Below, piece after piece: positions 34,525 through 46,218 of a stretch of 64,000 nt of DNA; positions within the stretch are counted from its first letter, which is position 1, and every line of letters starts with the position of its first letter. Made by a program: the position numbers and the translations under genes. The DNA lies in NCBI RefSeq assembly GCF_011745625.1, contig NW_027191453.1:558001-622000 (forward strand), in the 5' to 3' direction. Origin of the DNA: Cladosporium halotolerans (taxonomy: Eukaryota). Below the pieces are notes generated by a model. The model was not told the DNA's origin. It saw nothing but the letters and a program-made list of their open reading frames with translations, and searched no databases.

Positions 34525-35229
34525 ATGAAGACCCTCGACAAATTGACCGTTCCCAACGCAGCAGCCTGGGCGCAATGGCTTCTAGAGAACACCTCAAAAT
34601 CTCCAGGCGTCTCTCTCACCCTAGCAAAGAAAGGCATCGTGGAGCCAACATCGCTCAGTCAAGACGAAGCGGTGGAAGAAGCACTCTGTCATGGCTGGAT
34701 CAACGGACAAGGCCGCACCATCGATGAAACAACGTACATGCAACGATTCACGCCCCGCGCCGCCAAAAGCGTCTGGTCGAAGCGTAATGTCGGCTTGGTC
34801 GAGAAGATGGAGAAAGAGGGCCGCATGCAAGCTGCCGGACGAGCGGCTGTTGCGGCTGCTCAGCAAGACGGGCGCTGGCAGCGAGCGTACAGCGGGGCGG
34901 CCAATCTGGACGAGATGCAAGACTTGGTCGATGCCATCAAGGCTAGTCCGGTTGCTTCGGAGGCTTGGGATGGTTTGGCAAAGGGGCAGAAGTCTTTGAT
35001 TTACTTTCGACTCGCTGCGCTGAAGACTGAGGCTGGTCGGGAACAGCGAATTCGAGAGTATGTGAGGGGTTTAGAGCTCGGGGAGCCAACGGCATCGTCA
35101 CGCTCAACCGAGAAAGGCCGGAAAAGATCGTGGGAGAAACTAAGTCAGGCAGAGAGTTCTAGCAAATTGAGCGGCGTCGTGGTCAAGAAAACGAGATTTG
35201 GGAGAGAAGTCCGAGCACCAGCTTCTTAG
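34525..35229 (+). CDS. YdeI/OmpD-associated (OmdA, 'bacteriocin-protection') family protein
   Basis: AWAQWL, EAVEEALCHGWINGQ, RFTPRAAKSVWSKRN, GRMQAAG and DGRWQRAY. Intronless. Confidence 0.88.
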   Translation: MKTLDKLTVPNAAAWAQWLLENTSKSPGVSLTLAKKGIVEPTSLSQDEAVEEALCHGWINGQGRTIDETTYMQRFTPRAAKSVWSKRNVGLVEKMEKEGRMQAAGRAAVAAAQQDGRWQRAYSGAANLDEMQDLVDAIKASPVASEAWDGLAKGQKSLIYFRLAALKTEAGREQRIREYVRGLELGEPTASSRSTEKGRKRSWEKLSQAESSSKLSGVVVKKTRFGREVRAPAS

Positions 35230-35516
35230 GTCTTTCTCAGAGGACGAGGAATGAGAGACGATAGCTATACCTGCGAAAGGCCAAGCAGTTACTCTTGTAA
35301 CATGACGCGGAAGGCAGAGTTGTACATGCTAAGGAGCGTGTAAGTGGACATCGTAAATGCGGTCAAAAGAAAAAGTCTCAAATCGATCGCTTGTCAGTGG
35401 CCGTACGCCATGATGCTATGCTTGTCTATCGGGACGGAGTTGCCCCGTACCGTCAATGTTTTTACAATGGTCGAGCCCGAAATTGGGCCATTTTTCAATC
35501 GCTCGAATAGCGGCGA

Positions 35517-38213
35517 TCATCGTGCGAATACCTTGACAACACCGTCTCCACCGGCGCTCACTACCAGCCTTCCGTCGCTGCTCCAGCAGACATCGCAAAC
35601 GCCTTCTCCTCTCATGGCACGATGCGATACAATGTCCTGCGTGCAAATCCTCTTCTCTAGAGACCAAAAGCGTATACTTGCATCGTGACCGGCCGAGACG
35701 GCTTCGCGACCGTCTTTGGAGAGGCAAAGCGAGGAGATGGCCGATGGGTGAGCGAGCATAGTGTAGGTGCATTGACCTAGGCCATAGTTAGCAAATGTGG
35801 CTTTGATTAGGCTTTGTGGATGAAAAACATACCAGAATTAGCGTCGAAGAACCTCACGAAGCGGTCTTCGTGTCCACTAATGACGACGCCTTCAACGCCT
35901 TCTCTACTTCCAGTCGCACCCGCGGCAACTTCTTCAGGCTCCAGGCCACGTGAGGACTCCAGTAAGCCGGGGCCGGCGCCCTCTAGACCCATGCTTGTAG
36001 CGACAACGGTGTTGATGCTCGTGGCCATTGTGCCATCGTATGTCTCGCCGCTTGCCATGCCGATGACCTCTTCGCCAGTTCTGGTATCGAACAAAAGTAC
36101 TGAAGAGTCAGTGTAGCTGACGACGAAATTCTCACCCGAAGCGGACAATGGCGCAATCGAGGTCGGACTGGCTTTCGTCTCGCCAGTTCCGGGCCGCTCA
36201 ATGGAATGAACGAGCGTGTAAGTGAAAGGCGTTGTGCTTGCAACACTTGGCTGAGGGCTAGATGGGAAGTTGCTGCCGCTTGTGACACTGTGTCTTCGGC
36301 TGCCACCGACGCCACGTCGGCTTCCAGTCGAAGGGGAAGAGCTTTGCGGTGGTGCACTCACAGCCCAGACCTTCACAGTGCCGTCCGCCGAACCCGAAAC
36401 AAGAAGTAGTCGTTCAGGGCCACCAAAATTGTTGCTCTGAGATCCGAAGATGTCACCGACAGTAGTAGGGAGAATGCAGACTGACCAGACGGCGTCTGTG
36501 TGGCCATGCAAAGTCTCCTTGGGGTCCACTCTGCCACGCTCCCAGACACGGATGGTGGCGTCTTGGCCGCCGGAGAAGATCCAGCCATCGCCACTGGCAC
36601 GACCGCCCGTGTTGAAGCCACTAGCGGAGCAAGACGCGAGAGATGTGACTATACCCTCATGGCCTCTGTGAGTGAACGTGGCTTGCACGTCAAGATCGGG
36701 ACTGCTCGTAGTCGCGTTGAAATTCTGATACGAAGACGGAATGATCCACCTCTTGATGGTACCGTCATCGCCTGCCGTACACACCTCTGGTTCACCAGGG
36801 CTGCCACCACCGCTGAAAATCACGCTTCTGACAACATCCAGATGACCGCGCAAGGCAAATTTCACTTTGAATTGGGTCGGATCGGCGGTTGGATTCGAGT
36901 TTGCGCCATCGTGAACCTCGGCCTTGCCCTGAGAGCTACGCCGTCTGGACATCGCTGCCGAGCCCGAGCTCTTTCTCCGGTGGGAGCCCGGTCCGGTCCT
37001 GGGTGGAGACTTGGCTGGTAGGTTGGCCGCGCTTGGGAAGAGATCGGTATCCGGCCTTCGGGGAGAGATTTCTGACTGAGCGATGTCCTGTTGCGGTTGC
37101 GGCTCTTCATCAAAAGTCCAGCCGTCGGTATCTGGCTGTGTTTTGACCTGCGGTGCACCAGTTCGGGGGTATCCTTGATCTTGGGTAGGCCGTCCCTGTG
37201 CATCGAATGTGTGGGTTACATTCTCCACAGGCTCTTCAAAAGCAGCTTCCGGCTGTCTCACCTGCTCTGGAATCTCATGCGTCTGAGGAGCAGCTCCTTG
37301 GTAATTCTGGTAGTCAAAACCTCTCGAGTGTAATTCTTCTTGATAATTGGGAGCCTGTGGCAGATTGTTCGGTATCGGTGGGGGCTGGTGATTCGGCGCA
37401 GCGGTCGGTTGGGCAAACGCGTGAGTATTGGGGTGCATTTGTTGATGCTGGCGCGCATAGTACTCCTCTACAGAGATTGGGGCCTCGGGTAGGCCAGTGT
37501 AGTTGCCATTAGGCAAGACCTGAGGAGGTGGCGGGTGCTGAGGCGGAGTGAGGAGATACTGAATCTCTTTCATGCAGTTCTTGAGATACTTTGTCGTGCT
37601 GTCCAGGTACTGCTCGCGCTCCTTGTCGGCTTCAGCATCGTTGTCCGTCTTCAAAAACGAGTTGTGGGGCTTGTTATTGGCTGTACCAAGGTCGTCAGCA
37701 TTCGGATCGTCTTTCAACACAAGTACGATTCCACTGCACGTACGTTTCGATGCCTTCGTGTTCTTCTCCTCCCCGTTCTTCTCTTTCTTATCCGACTCCG
37801 CGCCTTTCTTCTCGTCGACCTTGCCTCCCTTTGATTTCGCGCGCTCGTTCTTCAGCGCCATCTCGAGCATTCGCACTTGGCGGTCTAATTGCTCGTTCAG
37901 TCGCTTTGCTTGTCTGCATTCGCCCTCCTGCTTTGCGATCTTGGCCTTCATCTCCGCGCGCTCGATATCCCAGGCGTTGCGGGCGCGCTCATGGTTGTGC
38001 CATTCGATCTGGAGGAAGCGCATGACACCTGTGCAAAAGGGACGAGTTAGCCATTGTTTCACCACGCAGTCAGTCACGAGCGCAATCTCGTCTTGCTCCA
38101 GTGGCATCCCCTGGTGGCCCAAGATGCTCACCTTGCAACGTGTACTCGGTGCCATGATGCTCCCCTGACCCAGCAGGGCCGTTCGCCAGCCCACCCTGCT
38201 GCTGGTATGCCAT
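35517..38213 (-). CDS. PRO11: Striatin (Pro11/Far8; STRIPAK scaffold) with WD40 repeats
   Basis: MAYQQQGG...[37 protein letters not shown], then WD40 repeats ([11 protein letters not shown]...VVKVFAR). Introns 38029-38131, 37681-37743 and about 35778-35831. Confidence 0.96.
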
Positions 38214-38833
38214 GCCCGGTGGCGACGCGGCGTGGTAGAGAATGACAGCAAGCGTCTCCCTAGCGATCCCTCATCGAGACCACGAACAACTGCAGGCGTG
38301 ACGAAGCTCGAGCTCGAAGACCAACCCGGGGTAACAGCGGGAGTGAGTGGCCTCCGCGGAGGATTCGCCGGCGCGAGCTGCAGAATGCGGCGGTGGGGCG
38401 TGGCCAGCGAAGGTAGTGCACGTGACGCTCGCTGTGCGCTGGTGCGGATCTGAGTGAGGTGGTCTTCGTGGCAAAGACAACACCAGAAGGGACACGTGAG
38501 CTGCTGGGCTGCCACGATGCTCGCCCTGAGGTAGCGAAGCGCCTGGCCGCAATCAGCTCCTCTGGCTTCCCAGCACGGGCTCTCAGGCGCGCTCGCTGCG
38601 ACCGCGTCCCGCTGGCTCGGCTGAGCGGCTGGGACGGAGCCGCCTGGCGCTTCCCGCAACTCTATCGAGCTCAAGCTTGATGTCATGCTCCAGATTGCTA
38701 GCTCGGTCGCTCGCTCACACCACGATTGCCAAATAGCCACTGCCACAAACAGCCATGTTCTTTATGCTTGTTTGATACTAACATTATTGAATAGCGGAGC
38801 TTCGCGATCGGTGTCTCTCAAACTTGAAATACA

Positions 38834-40249
38834 ATGGCAGGCAGAGCATATCCGTCGTCAGCAGCTCGCCCAAAACGCGCTGGCGAGGACTTCGCGCGAA
38901 CGTACGACGACACAAGCAAAAAGCCGCGCTTTGATTATCGCAACCCCAGCACCCTTGCAGCAGATGCGCCCGAGGATGATGTGATCCTAGATGCCGACGT
39001 CATTGGGAAATCCGGCCCTCAAACGAAGCGCAACGCAGTCAATATCGACGGATACGAAAGCGATTCGGACAACGACAATTTCAATGAGCGAGCTGCGGAA
39101 AGGGCGCAGAGGAACGAAGGGCCTAGAAAAGGCCAAAGCAGCAAGGATGAAGACGACGACGACATGTTTGCCGATCTGGACCAGGATGCGCAAGGGACCG
39201 CTGATGGCGACGAAGACGAGGAACTTGGGCGGGAAGGGAAGCCGAGGAAGAAGGACGTCAGGTTTCTGGACCCCGAGGATATTGAGGGGCAGGTTATGAA
39301 CAGCAAGTCTGGAGGTCGTGTATCTGCAGACCTGCTACAAAATGGGAAGCAGCGCGAAAGAGCTGGGAGCGTGGACTCAGATTCTAGCTCCGGGGATGAA
39401 GAGCAGAGGGACCTCATCCCTGAAGACATGGATGATGATATTGCTGCCGAGGTCGGCGCGGGTGGCAAGAAGAAGCATGCGCCGCGACTTGACGCATTCA
39501 ACCTTCAGGAAGAGGAGCAGGAAGGACGCTTCGACGAATCAGGCAATTATGTTCGCAAAGCTGTGGATCCAGATGCTGTCAACGACAGTTGGTTGGACGG
39601 TCTCAGCAAGAAAGATATGCGCAAAGCGAAAGAAGCTGAGGAGAAGCGGGAGAACGAGCGTAGGAGGAAGGCCATGGAGAGCGATGCAGTCCTTGCAACC
39701 GACTCTCTCAGCACTCTGCTTTCACACCTCGAAACCGGCGAAACACCACTGGAAGCGCTCCAGCGGTTGGGAAGAAGCAAAACCAAGGAGACCAAGATCC
39801 CTAAATGGAAACAGAAGCGCCTGAAAAACAAGATGGACGTTGACGAACCTAATGGAAATCAAACTGACGAATCAGACCCCGTGGAGGCCGCCCGAAAGAA
39901 AGCAGTCGAGGCGATTACGGGTGCGGCTGACGCTCTCTATTCGCGCGAACAACATGAGATATATGAGACAGAAAGAGAATTGTTGCTTCGACAGTATAAG
40001 CGGGAGGCAGGTGAGGATTGGCAAGCACCTGCACCAGTCAATGAAGTCACCGGCGACGGCGCGGAAAATGATGCCCAGGGCGAGATGTGGGAGTACCGAT
40101 GGAGTGATAAGAGGGATGGAGGCGAGCACCACGGACCGTATGATGGACCTACCATGAAAGCCTGGAACGAGGCCGGGTATTTCGGCGAGGGAGTAGAGTT
40201 CAAAAAGATCGGCGAAGTGGAATGGAGCCGCCTCCTGGACACCAAGTGA
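38834..40249 (+). CDS. LIN1: Lin1/CD2BP2 (U5-52K) GYF-domain protein
   Basis: LDAFNLQEEEQEGRFDESGNYVRKA, ETPLEALQRLG and C-terminal GYF domain WEYRW...HGPYDGPTMKAWNEAGYF. Confidence 0.94.
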   Translation: MAGRAYPSSAARPKRAGEDFARTYDDTSKKPRFDYRNPSTLAADAPEDDVILDADVIGKSGPQTKRNAVNIDGYESDSDNDNFNERAAERAQRNEGPRKGQSSKDEDDDDMFADLDQDAQGTADGDEDEELGREGKPRKKDVRFLDPEDIEGQVMNSKSGGRVSADLLQNGKQRERAGSVDSDSSSGDEEQRDLIPEDMDDDIAAEVGAGGKKKHAPRLDAFNLQEEEQEGRFDESGNYVRKAVDPDAVNDSWLDGLSKKDMRKAKEAEEKRENERRRKAMESDAVLATDSLSTLLSHLETGETPLEALQRLGRSKTKETKIPKWKQKRLKNKMDVDEPNGNQTDESDPVEAARKKAVEAITGAADALYSREQHEIYETERELLLRQYKREAGEDWQAPAPVNEVTGDGAENDAQGEMWEYRWSDKRDGGEHHGPYDGPTMKAWNEAGYFGEGVEFKKIGEVEWSRLLDTK

Positions 40250-41448
40250 CGAATTGGTAGAGCCAGACATCTGCATTTGGTCCGAACACGATTTTGCTTA
40301 ACATGAGTCGCACATCGTGGACCAACGTTGGAGTTCTTGCCCAGCTCTAAAATCGATGGGAGCCATCCCACTTTTGCGATCGATGCAGCTTCCAACGAGA
40401 ATATCATCATTAGAGATGTCGCTAGCATGTGCGAAAAAATCAGGCTCCTATAAACGCAGGCTCTCGCTTGAGGGCGACATCATACTTGTTCCCAACAGTC
40501 TGCACGATCAGAGCACTGTATTTTAAGAGGTTCTCGCACGACGTTTCGCCGATTCCGAAGATGACCAAAGGTTGATTCTTCCATGCATCAAAGCCGAAGT
40601 TCTAATCAAAGTGATTCTTCAGACCAGGTTGCTCAATCAACCACGCAACTGGAATTGTGCGTCTTCCACCACGGGTCTTTTGAACAGGCGGGTCGGCCTC
40701 ACGCAAGGAAGAACTCAGATCTTCCTAAAGAAAAAATTTCGATTGACAAAAAAAGACTTGTAGCTAGGAAAAACCGCCGGGTCTGGTAGCAGAGCGCTTC
40801 GAATCTCAATCACTGCCGAGCGAATATCTCCAGATGGTCAAAGTCCATCACCGAGGAGCATAGGCGACAAAGCTTGGTATGACGGTAGTTTTCTGGACCA
40901 CGATACAATCTCACCTGAAGGCCCAGAGTCACATAACGGTCTGGCCCTGGCTCTTGAAGGTAATCGTTCGATTGCTTTTCCATAAGCGTCGCCTCCCAGC
41001 GCTGTGAACTCGTTCACACCATACACGTCCACGCTCTGCCAGACTTTAAGAGATCTTCTCACAGTGAGCGCCCGAATTTTCAATGATCGCTCCGCCGCGC
41101 GTCCCGCGGATCAGACTCAGCCATTCGATAAGATTCGGTTCCATGCCGTTCGTTCGCTCAACAATTTCATACAGTACTGTTCCTGAGCCAAGAGAAATTT
41201 GTAGGACGCCTTCGTCCTTGCTCGTGACCCAAAATCCGCGGATGCTGTTTTTGAGAACCGGTCCTTCACAGCCCGCATTCGTCCAAATGATGTTGCTATC
41301 GCTATCTATGCTCCAGACTGATGTGCGTCTCTAATCCGGCTTCTCCTTACACATCGTCAAGCACTCCACGAATGAATGTCGTGAGTGCTTTACAAGATAT
41401 GGAGACCTTGCTACATTGGCCGGATTTAATCAATTCGGTCGACACCAT

Positions 41449-42222
41449 CTAGGCCGCGCCTCCAGCTGCACCTGCACCTATACCTGTACCAACGCGCGTC
41501 CACATGGATTTTCGCGATTGCCTTTTAGGATCGTCACTGTCATCCTTCAACTCTAGGCCATAGCTTGAGCGAAAGTAAGAGCTAGTATACAGGGTAGTGC
41601 TCAGATATACGACAATGGCAAAAGCCTGCTATCAGTTAGACTGCTGGTTTGGGAACTGTTGTGTACGCAAAACGCTCACCAAAGACAGATAAAGACCCTC
41701 AGAGACTGTTACATCCCACTGGGTGCTCGAGAACGGCACGTAGCTCGTCACGAAGTTCACGAATCGGATCTGCATCGCGAGACCGTTACCCAGGTACACG
41801 TCGGTGTTACGCTTCCAGATGTCTTGCCCACGAATCTCAAGCTTGGTCTCTCCATCAGTCGCCCCGCCGTTCTTCACGTAGACATCAATGTTCTCTTTCA
41901 CAGTCGTAATACGAGGTGCGATTATAGCCAGAGGAGGCGAAGAGCTGTTTGGGCGAGCGACGTAGCTTTCACCTCCTTGGAGCTTTCGCCAGAGATCTAG
42001 GATTGCTACGCCGGCAGCATTGCGGATCGTTCGCCGGGGAGCGAGGATGCTCTGTCTGCTGTCCACTGTGAAGAGAAGTTCCGGCGACGCTTTCGTTGAC
42101 GTGTTGTTGAAAGTGAACCCTCCCTTGCCATTGTGCTTGGCCCGGAGTGTCGTGAACTCCGGCGCAACAAACTCGTCCAACAAAGAGAGTTTCCGATTCA
42201 GAGGAGGGAGCATGGACGCCAT
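41449..42222 (-). CDS. LURP-one/tubby C-terminal-like protein
   Basis: LFTVDS...RRTIRNAAGVAILDL, KLEIRGQDIWKR and WDVTVSEGLYLSL. Intron from 41679 to a TAGCAG acceptor (41629/41626); exon 2 AFAIVVYL...GAGAAGGAA stop. Confidence 0.78.
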
Positions 42223-43457
42223 GGACAAATGTGCGGCCAGCAATCTTTCTTAGACAGTACAATTGCTTGCGGACGCCCACGGGGAATCAGTTCTCTACGA
42301 TTACTCAAGGGTCGAAGGATCGCTTGATTCAGCCGCGTCAGGGCCAAAGTCGTTTCATTCATGTTCTCTGCTCGGCAGTCGCCGCAGCCAGGATGTGTTT
42401 GACCAACGAAGGCTGGAGTAAGTACGGTCTGCGGCAACTCGGACACCGTCGCATGAGCTTCTTCGTTCGCTTCACTGAACGGAGAGCGAAGTGGAGAAGT
42501 TTCGGCAACGCTTCGGGAGGGATTGCGCTTGTGTTGTTCGCCAACCTCTCCCGCCTCTTTTGCATCTTTACAGTACTGATAAACTGAACAACTTAGGGTC
42601 TACTCAGTAACCGTCCCCGCTGGTGTGTCCATCTCTTGGTGACATCTTGATTGCTAGTGCCAGCCATCGAGCGTGTTTTACGGCGGTGTAATACATACAT
42701 TGCGTAGGCGAAAATCGATCTAACACCTTGCGTCCAAGACTGCGAGCCGGCCTATGTAATATGATGACAGAGACGGCGAGAGATCCCTTCAGCATGCAGC
42801 TGCGCGAAAGAAACAATCCGTTTCTGCAATGCCGTCGACACCAATCCAGAGAAACGACACTAGGAGAGCAAGTAGACGACTGACTCTCAACCAAAATCGC
42901 TTTTACCAGCGTGCTCATGGCGTGAAAGACAGAATGGCTCGCTGCCGATTCGGCATATCTTTCTCTCGTTGCCGCCTGCGATTAGGTGTCACTGGCTTTC
43001 CATCGCGGGGTGTCTACTTTCTGTAGAAGCCGCGCATTCATAAAAGTTGGGAGGCTTTCCCCTACCGTGATTCCAAGACCATAGTCTTCCCGTATTGCGT
43101 TGGGAAGCAGAGGGTTATTGACAAGACATAGATGATACTGTGACCGGTGCTAGATGAGCCTTATAGATACGGACCGAAACTAACATTTTAGCCGGATACG
43201 TATGTGGCGCGGACATCAAAACAGGCTGTTTGTGGAGCACATCGGTTTCACATTGCCATAAACGCTACGGAGGCTTTCCTACGATCCGACGCCATAACCA
43301 GCGCGGAAGGGATTCATTTTTGATTGCCCGGACTCCGCACAGCTATATGCAAAAGATGGCTCCGCCTTACTGCACGACAAGTCAACCATAGTATTGAGTC
43401 GACGACCGATAGTAGTGGTTGGTCCCGTGTTGGTTGGCCCCGTGCAGGTAAGAAAGC

Positions 43458-43464
43458 TATAAAA
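43458..43464 (+). promoter_or_regulatory. TATA box of the AA9 gene
   Basis: TATAAAA about 108 bp upstream of ATG 43566, followed by a pyrimidine-rich tract. Confidence 0.6.
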
Positions 43465-43565
43465 AAGCCATCAAAACATTCCTGCTCAATCTTTCTCATC
43501 CTAAATCATCCTCCTATTGCAGTGAACTCAAATTAAGACAGTCAGCCCTGCGAGCATCTCTCACG

Positions 43566-44317
43566 ATGCACTTCTTCTCTGCAACGGCACTCGCCCTGCT
43601 GGCGTGTGCCAACACGGCCCTGGCCCACTACCGCTGGACGCACCTGGTCGCCAATGGCGCCCGCACGAACGACTACCAATACGTCCGACTCAACACTAAC
43701 TACAACAGCCCGGTCACCGACGTCAATAGCAATGACATCCGTTGCAACACCGGCACGCAAGCAAACGCGGCTAGAACGTCGACGTACACCGTCGCCGCTG
43801 GCTCCACCATAGGCCTCGGACTCGACCAGGCCATCTACCACCAGAGCGTGACAGGTAAGCGGACGTCCACTAACCAAGTTGATTGAACAAACCCGACGAA
43901 AACTGACTTGCCCCAGCCCTATACATGACCAAAGTCACCAGCGCCAGCGCTGCCGACGGCAGCACGCCGTGGTTCAAAGTCGCCGAGCTCGGTCCAGCCT
44001 TCAGCTCCGGCCAGATCACCTTCCCCTCGCAGGACAAGACGTCCTTCACCTTCACGATCCCGAAGTCCCTGCCGTCGGGCGACTACCTCTTGCGCGCCGA
44101 GAACATTGCCATCCACGCCGCGAGCACCACTGGCGGGGCACAGTTCTACATCTCCTGCGCGCAGATCACTGTTACTGGCGGGGGCTCCGGGACGCCGGGT
44201 CCGACGATCTCGCTGCCGGGCGGATATAAGGCTTCTGATCCGGGCATTCTGATCAATATCTACTATCCGATTCCGACAAGCTATAAGTATCCTGGTCCCG
44301 CTGTTTGGAAGGGTTGA
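43566..44317 (+). CDS. AA9 lytic polysaccharide monooxygenase (no CBM)
   Basis: Signal peptide ending ALA then His1 (HYRW); SPVTDVNSNDIRCN, WFKV, SGDYLLRAE, H-x8-QFY (HAASTTGGAQFY), CAQI and PGPAVW. Intron 43855-43916. Confidence 0.96.
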
Positions 44318-45417
44318 AATTGAATGAGGCGGTGAGGTTGGGTCGTTTGGTATTTCTGTAATCTGGTCTAGCGTGACGTTTGGAGGGGAATTGCGGACAG
44401 TTATTATGCTTTGTGTCGTACGACCGCAGAGGCGCAACTCGTTTCCTACATGATCTGTGTCAATAGGCCGCATCATGTGCGGTTGACTGCGTTGATAGCT
44501 GCCGTAAGCCAATGCGAATTCATTTTGGCTCTGCAAGAGATCCAGTGCATTTGATGATGTGGCGGTCGCAAGAATAGTGATGCGTCGATCCTTCGTGCAA
44601 AAAGCATGCAACATAGCGTCCCGTTGGAATTTTTTGTACTTCATAGGTAGCAGCCAGTGGCAGCTAATACGTGACGAATGACAAATCTGGATCAAAAAGC
44701 AAGCAATACTGGCTTGGTGCTCGACGCTGCCAAAGTCGAGATGCTTTCCAATATTGAGTTCTGCGACGATCGCTTCCAAGAGGCGAGGGCTTTGGAGGAG
44801 TGCAAACTGAAAGCTGTGGGCATCCACTGGAAGCGCCCGCGGCTGATTAGAGATTCTTATCGCGGTGTCAGAGAACTTAGGGTCAACATGCTTGATCGTT
44901 CATATGAATTGCTAGATATTCAGACTCTCGATCAGGTAGAAGACTGAGTGCAAGTGAAGATACAGAGTGTCTCGGGCTTATCATAGAATCATCCGCATCG
45001 CGTTACACGACTAGGTTGGCTTCAAGATGCTAGACAATACCTATCATTGAGCGGATAGAGTCTTAGGGTTTTACTTCCCAATGGGACAATCGAAGCCTCT
45101 TCATGCTTGTCTGTCAACCACAGCCCTCGCAGTGCAGTGCGACCTTATCCTGACACGAGGAAATTCATCGACGCTTAGGTAGCTTACCTTTGTGACGTAC
45201 CTTAGAGCAATCGCGATCGAAGCCTCCTGGTCGAACAAGGCAGAAAGCACAGAAAGATAGAATGTGGCAGATCCACATTGCAGCGTCATCGCGTGCCATA
45301 AGCCACAACCTTCACCGGAGGCGGGTCCGGACGCTGTCCGAGGGGCCCAAGGCCCTGGCTTTTGCGGAAAGCACACGTCGGTCTTCGACGGAACCCTTTC
45401 GCATCGTCTGGCTGGCC

Positions 45418-46188
45418 TTCTCGAACAATTCCCATGTATGCAATATGATTTGACGTCACTGCCGGGTTGCGTTCGTGGAGATCTTCGACCTCGACAGAGC
45501 CATTCGCAACTGTCTCGCCGACTTCGCATATTTAACCAATGTCTCGTCCGCGCACGCGCGGACGCTTTGTGCTTGTGATTCTATGATCCTGCTACTCCTC
45601 CCTCGTCGCCGGTGCTTCACGCCATGGTCGCACGCGACGAAATGGTCACCGAAGTCCTCCTCTCGCCCGCCCTGCCGCAGATCGAGAGGCACCAACGGCT
45701 ACACCAACACCTCGCCGCGAGTCCTTACAGCCAAGGCGCGATTTACGTGCCGGCCGGAGACACGCTGGAGTCGCCTGCTGCAGAAGACTGCGCGCAGGCA
45801 ATCGTGGCTGTAACTCCCGCCTCGCCGGCCGGCGCGGTCTTGATGCTCAGAGGAAAGGGCCAATGGCGCCCGGGAGGGAGAATGGCAGCCGTATGGTCGC
45901 CTCCATGGTCATGGAAGTCCGAGGAGCTATGCGGATACCCATTTCCGTATTGCGCGCGAGACCTCAGCTGCCTGGCTTCGGTCCAATCGCCGGCGCACGA
46001 CGCCCCCTGTGCGTACCACGCTCCCTCGCATCAACCGTGTGCCGGGCGGCGCTCGCTGACTTGACATCTTCAGGGCCTGTGGCCTACCTTCTCCGCCTCG
46101 TTTTCTGCAGCACCGCCGCCGTCGATTACATTCGATCGATTCAAGTGCACAAGGTGACCGGGTGGTCGTCGGAAGAATTGTTCGAGAA
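45418..46188. repeat. Segment bounded by a perfect 14-bp inverted repeat
   Basis: TTCTCGAACAATTC at 45418-45431 and GAATTGTTCGAGAA at 46175-46188. No target-site duplication seen. Confidence 0.4.
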
Positions 46189-46218
46189 ACATGAGTCAGT
46201 AACGAGCAATCTCGAGAG

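Noticed and set aside
38214..38746. N-terminal extension of the 979-aa striatin ORF
   Set aside because: The ORF reads through intron 1 and upstream DNA; the conserved TEYTLQG exon is in another frame starting at 38213.
40700..40830. Hairpin AGGAAGA/TCTTCCT, A-runs and a TTCGAA B-box-like word suggesting a Pol III RNA
   Set aside because: No cloverleaf or snRNA signature could be built.
41045..41355. Minus-strand open frame of about 95 codons preceded by ATG...TAG
   Set aside because: No recognisable family; cannot be distinguished from chance without a search.
43919..44827. 302-aa minus-strand ORF over the AA9 gene
   Set aside because: Largely antisense to AA9 exon 2, with no recognisable motif.
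44678..44947. 89-aa ORF faintly resembling a TPR fragment
   Set aside because: Similarity too weak to support.
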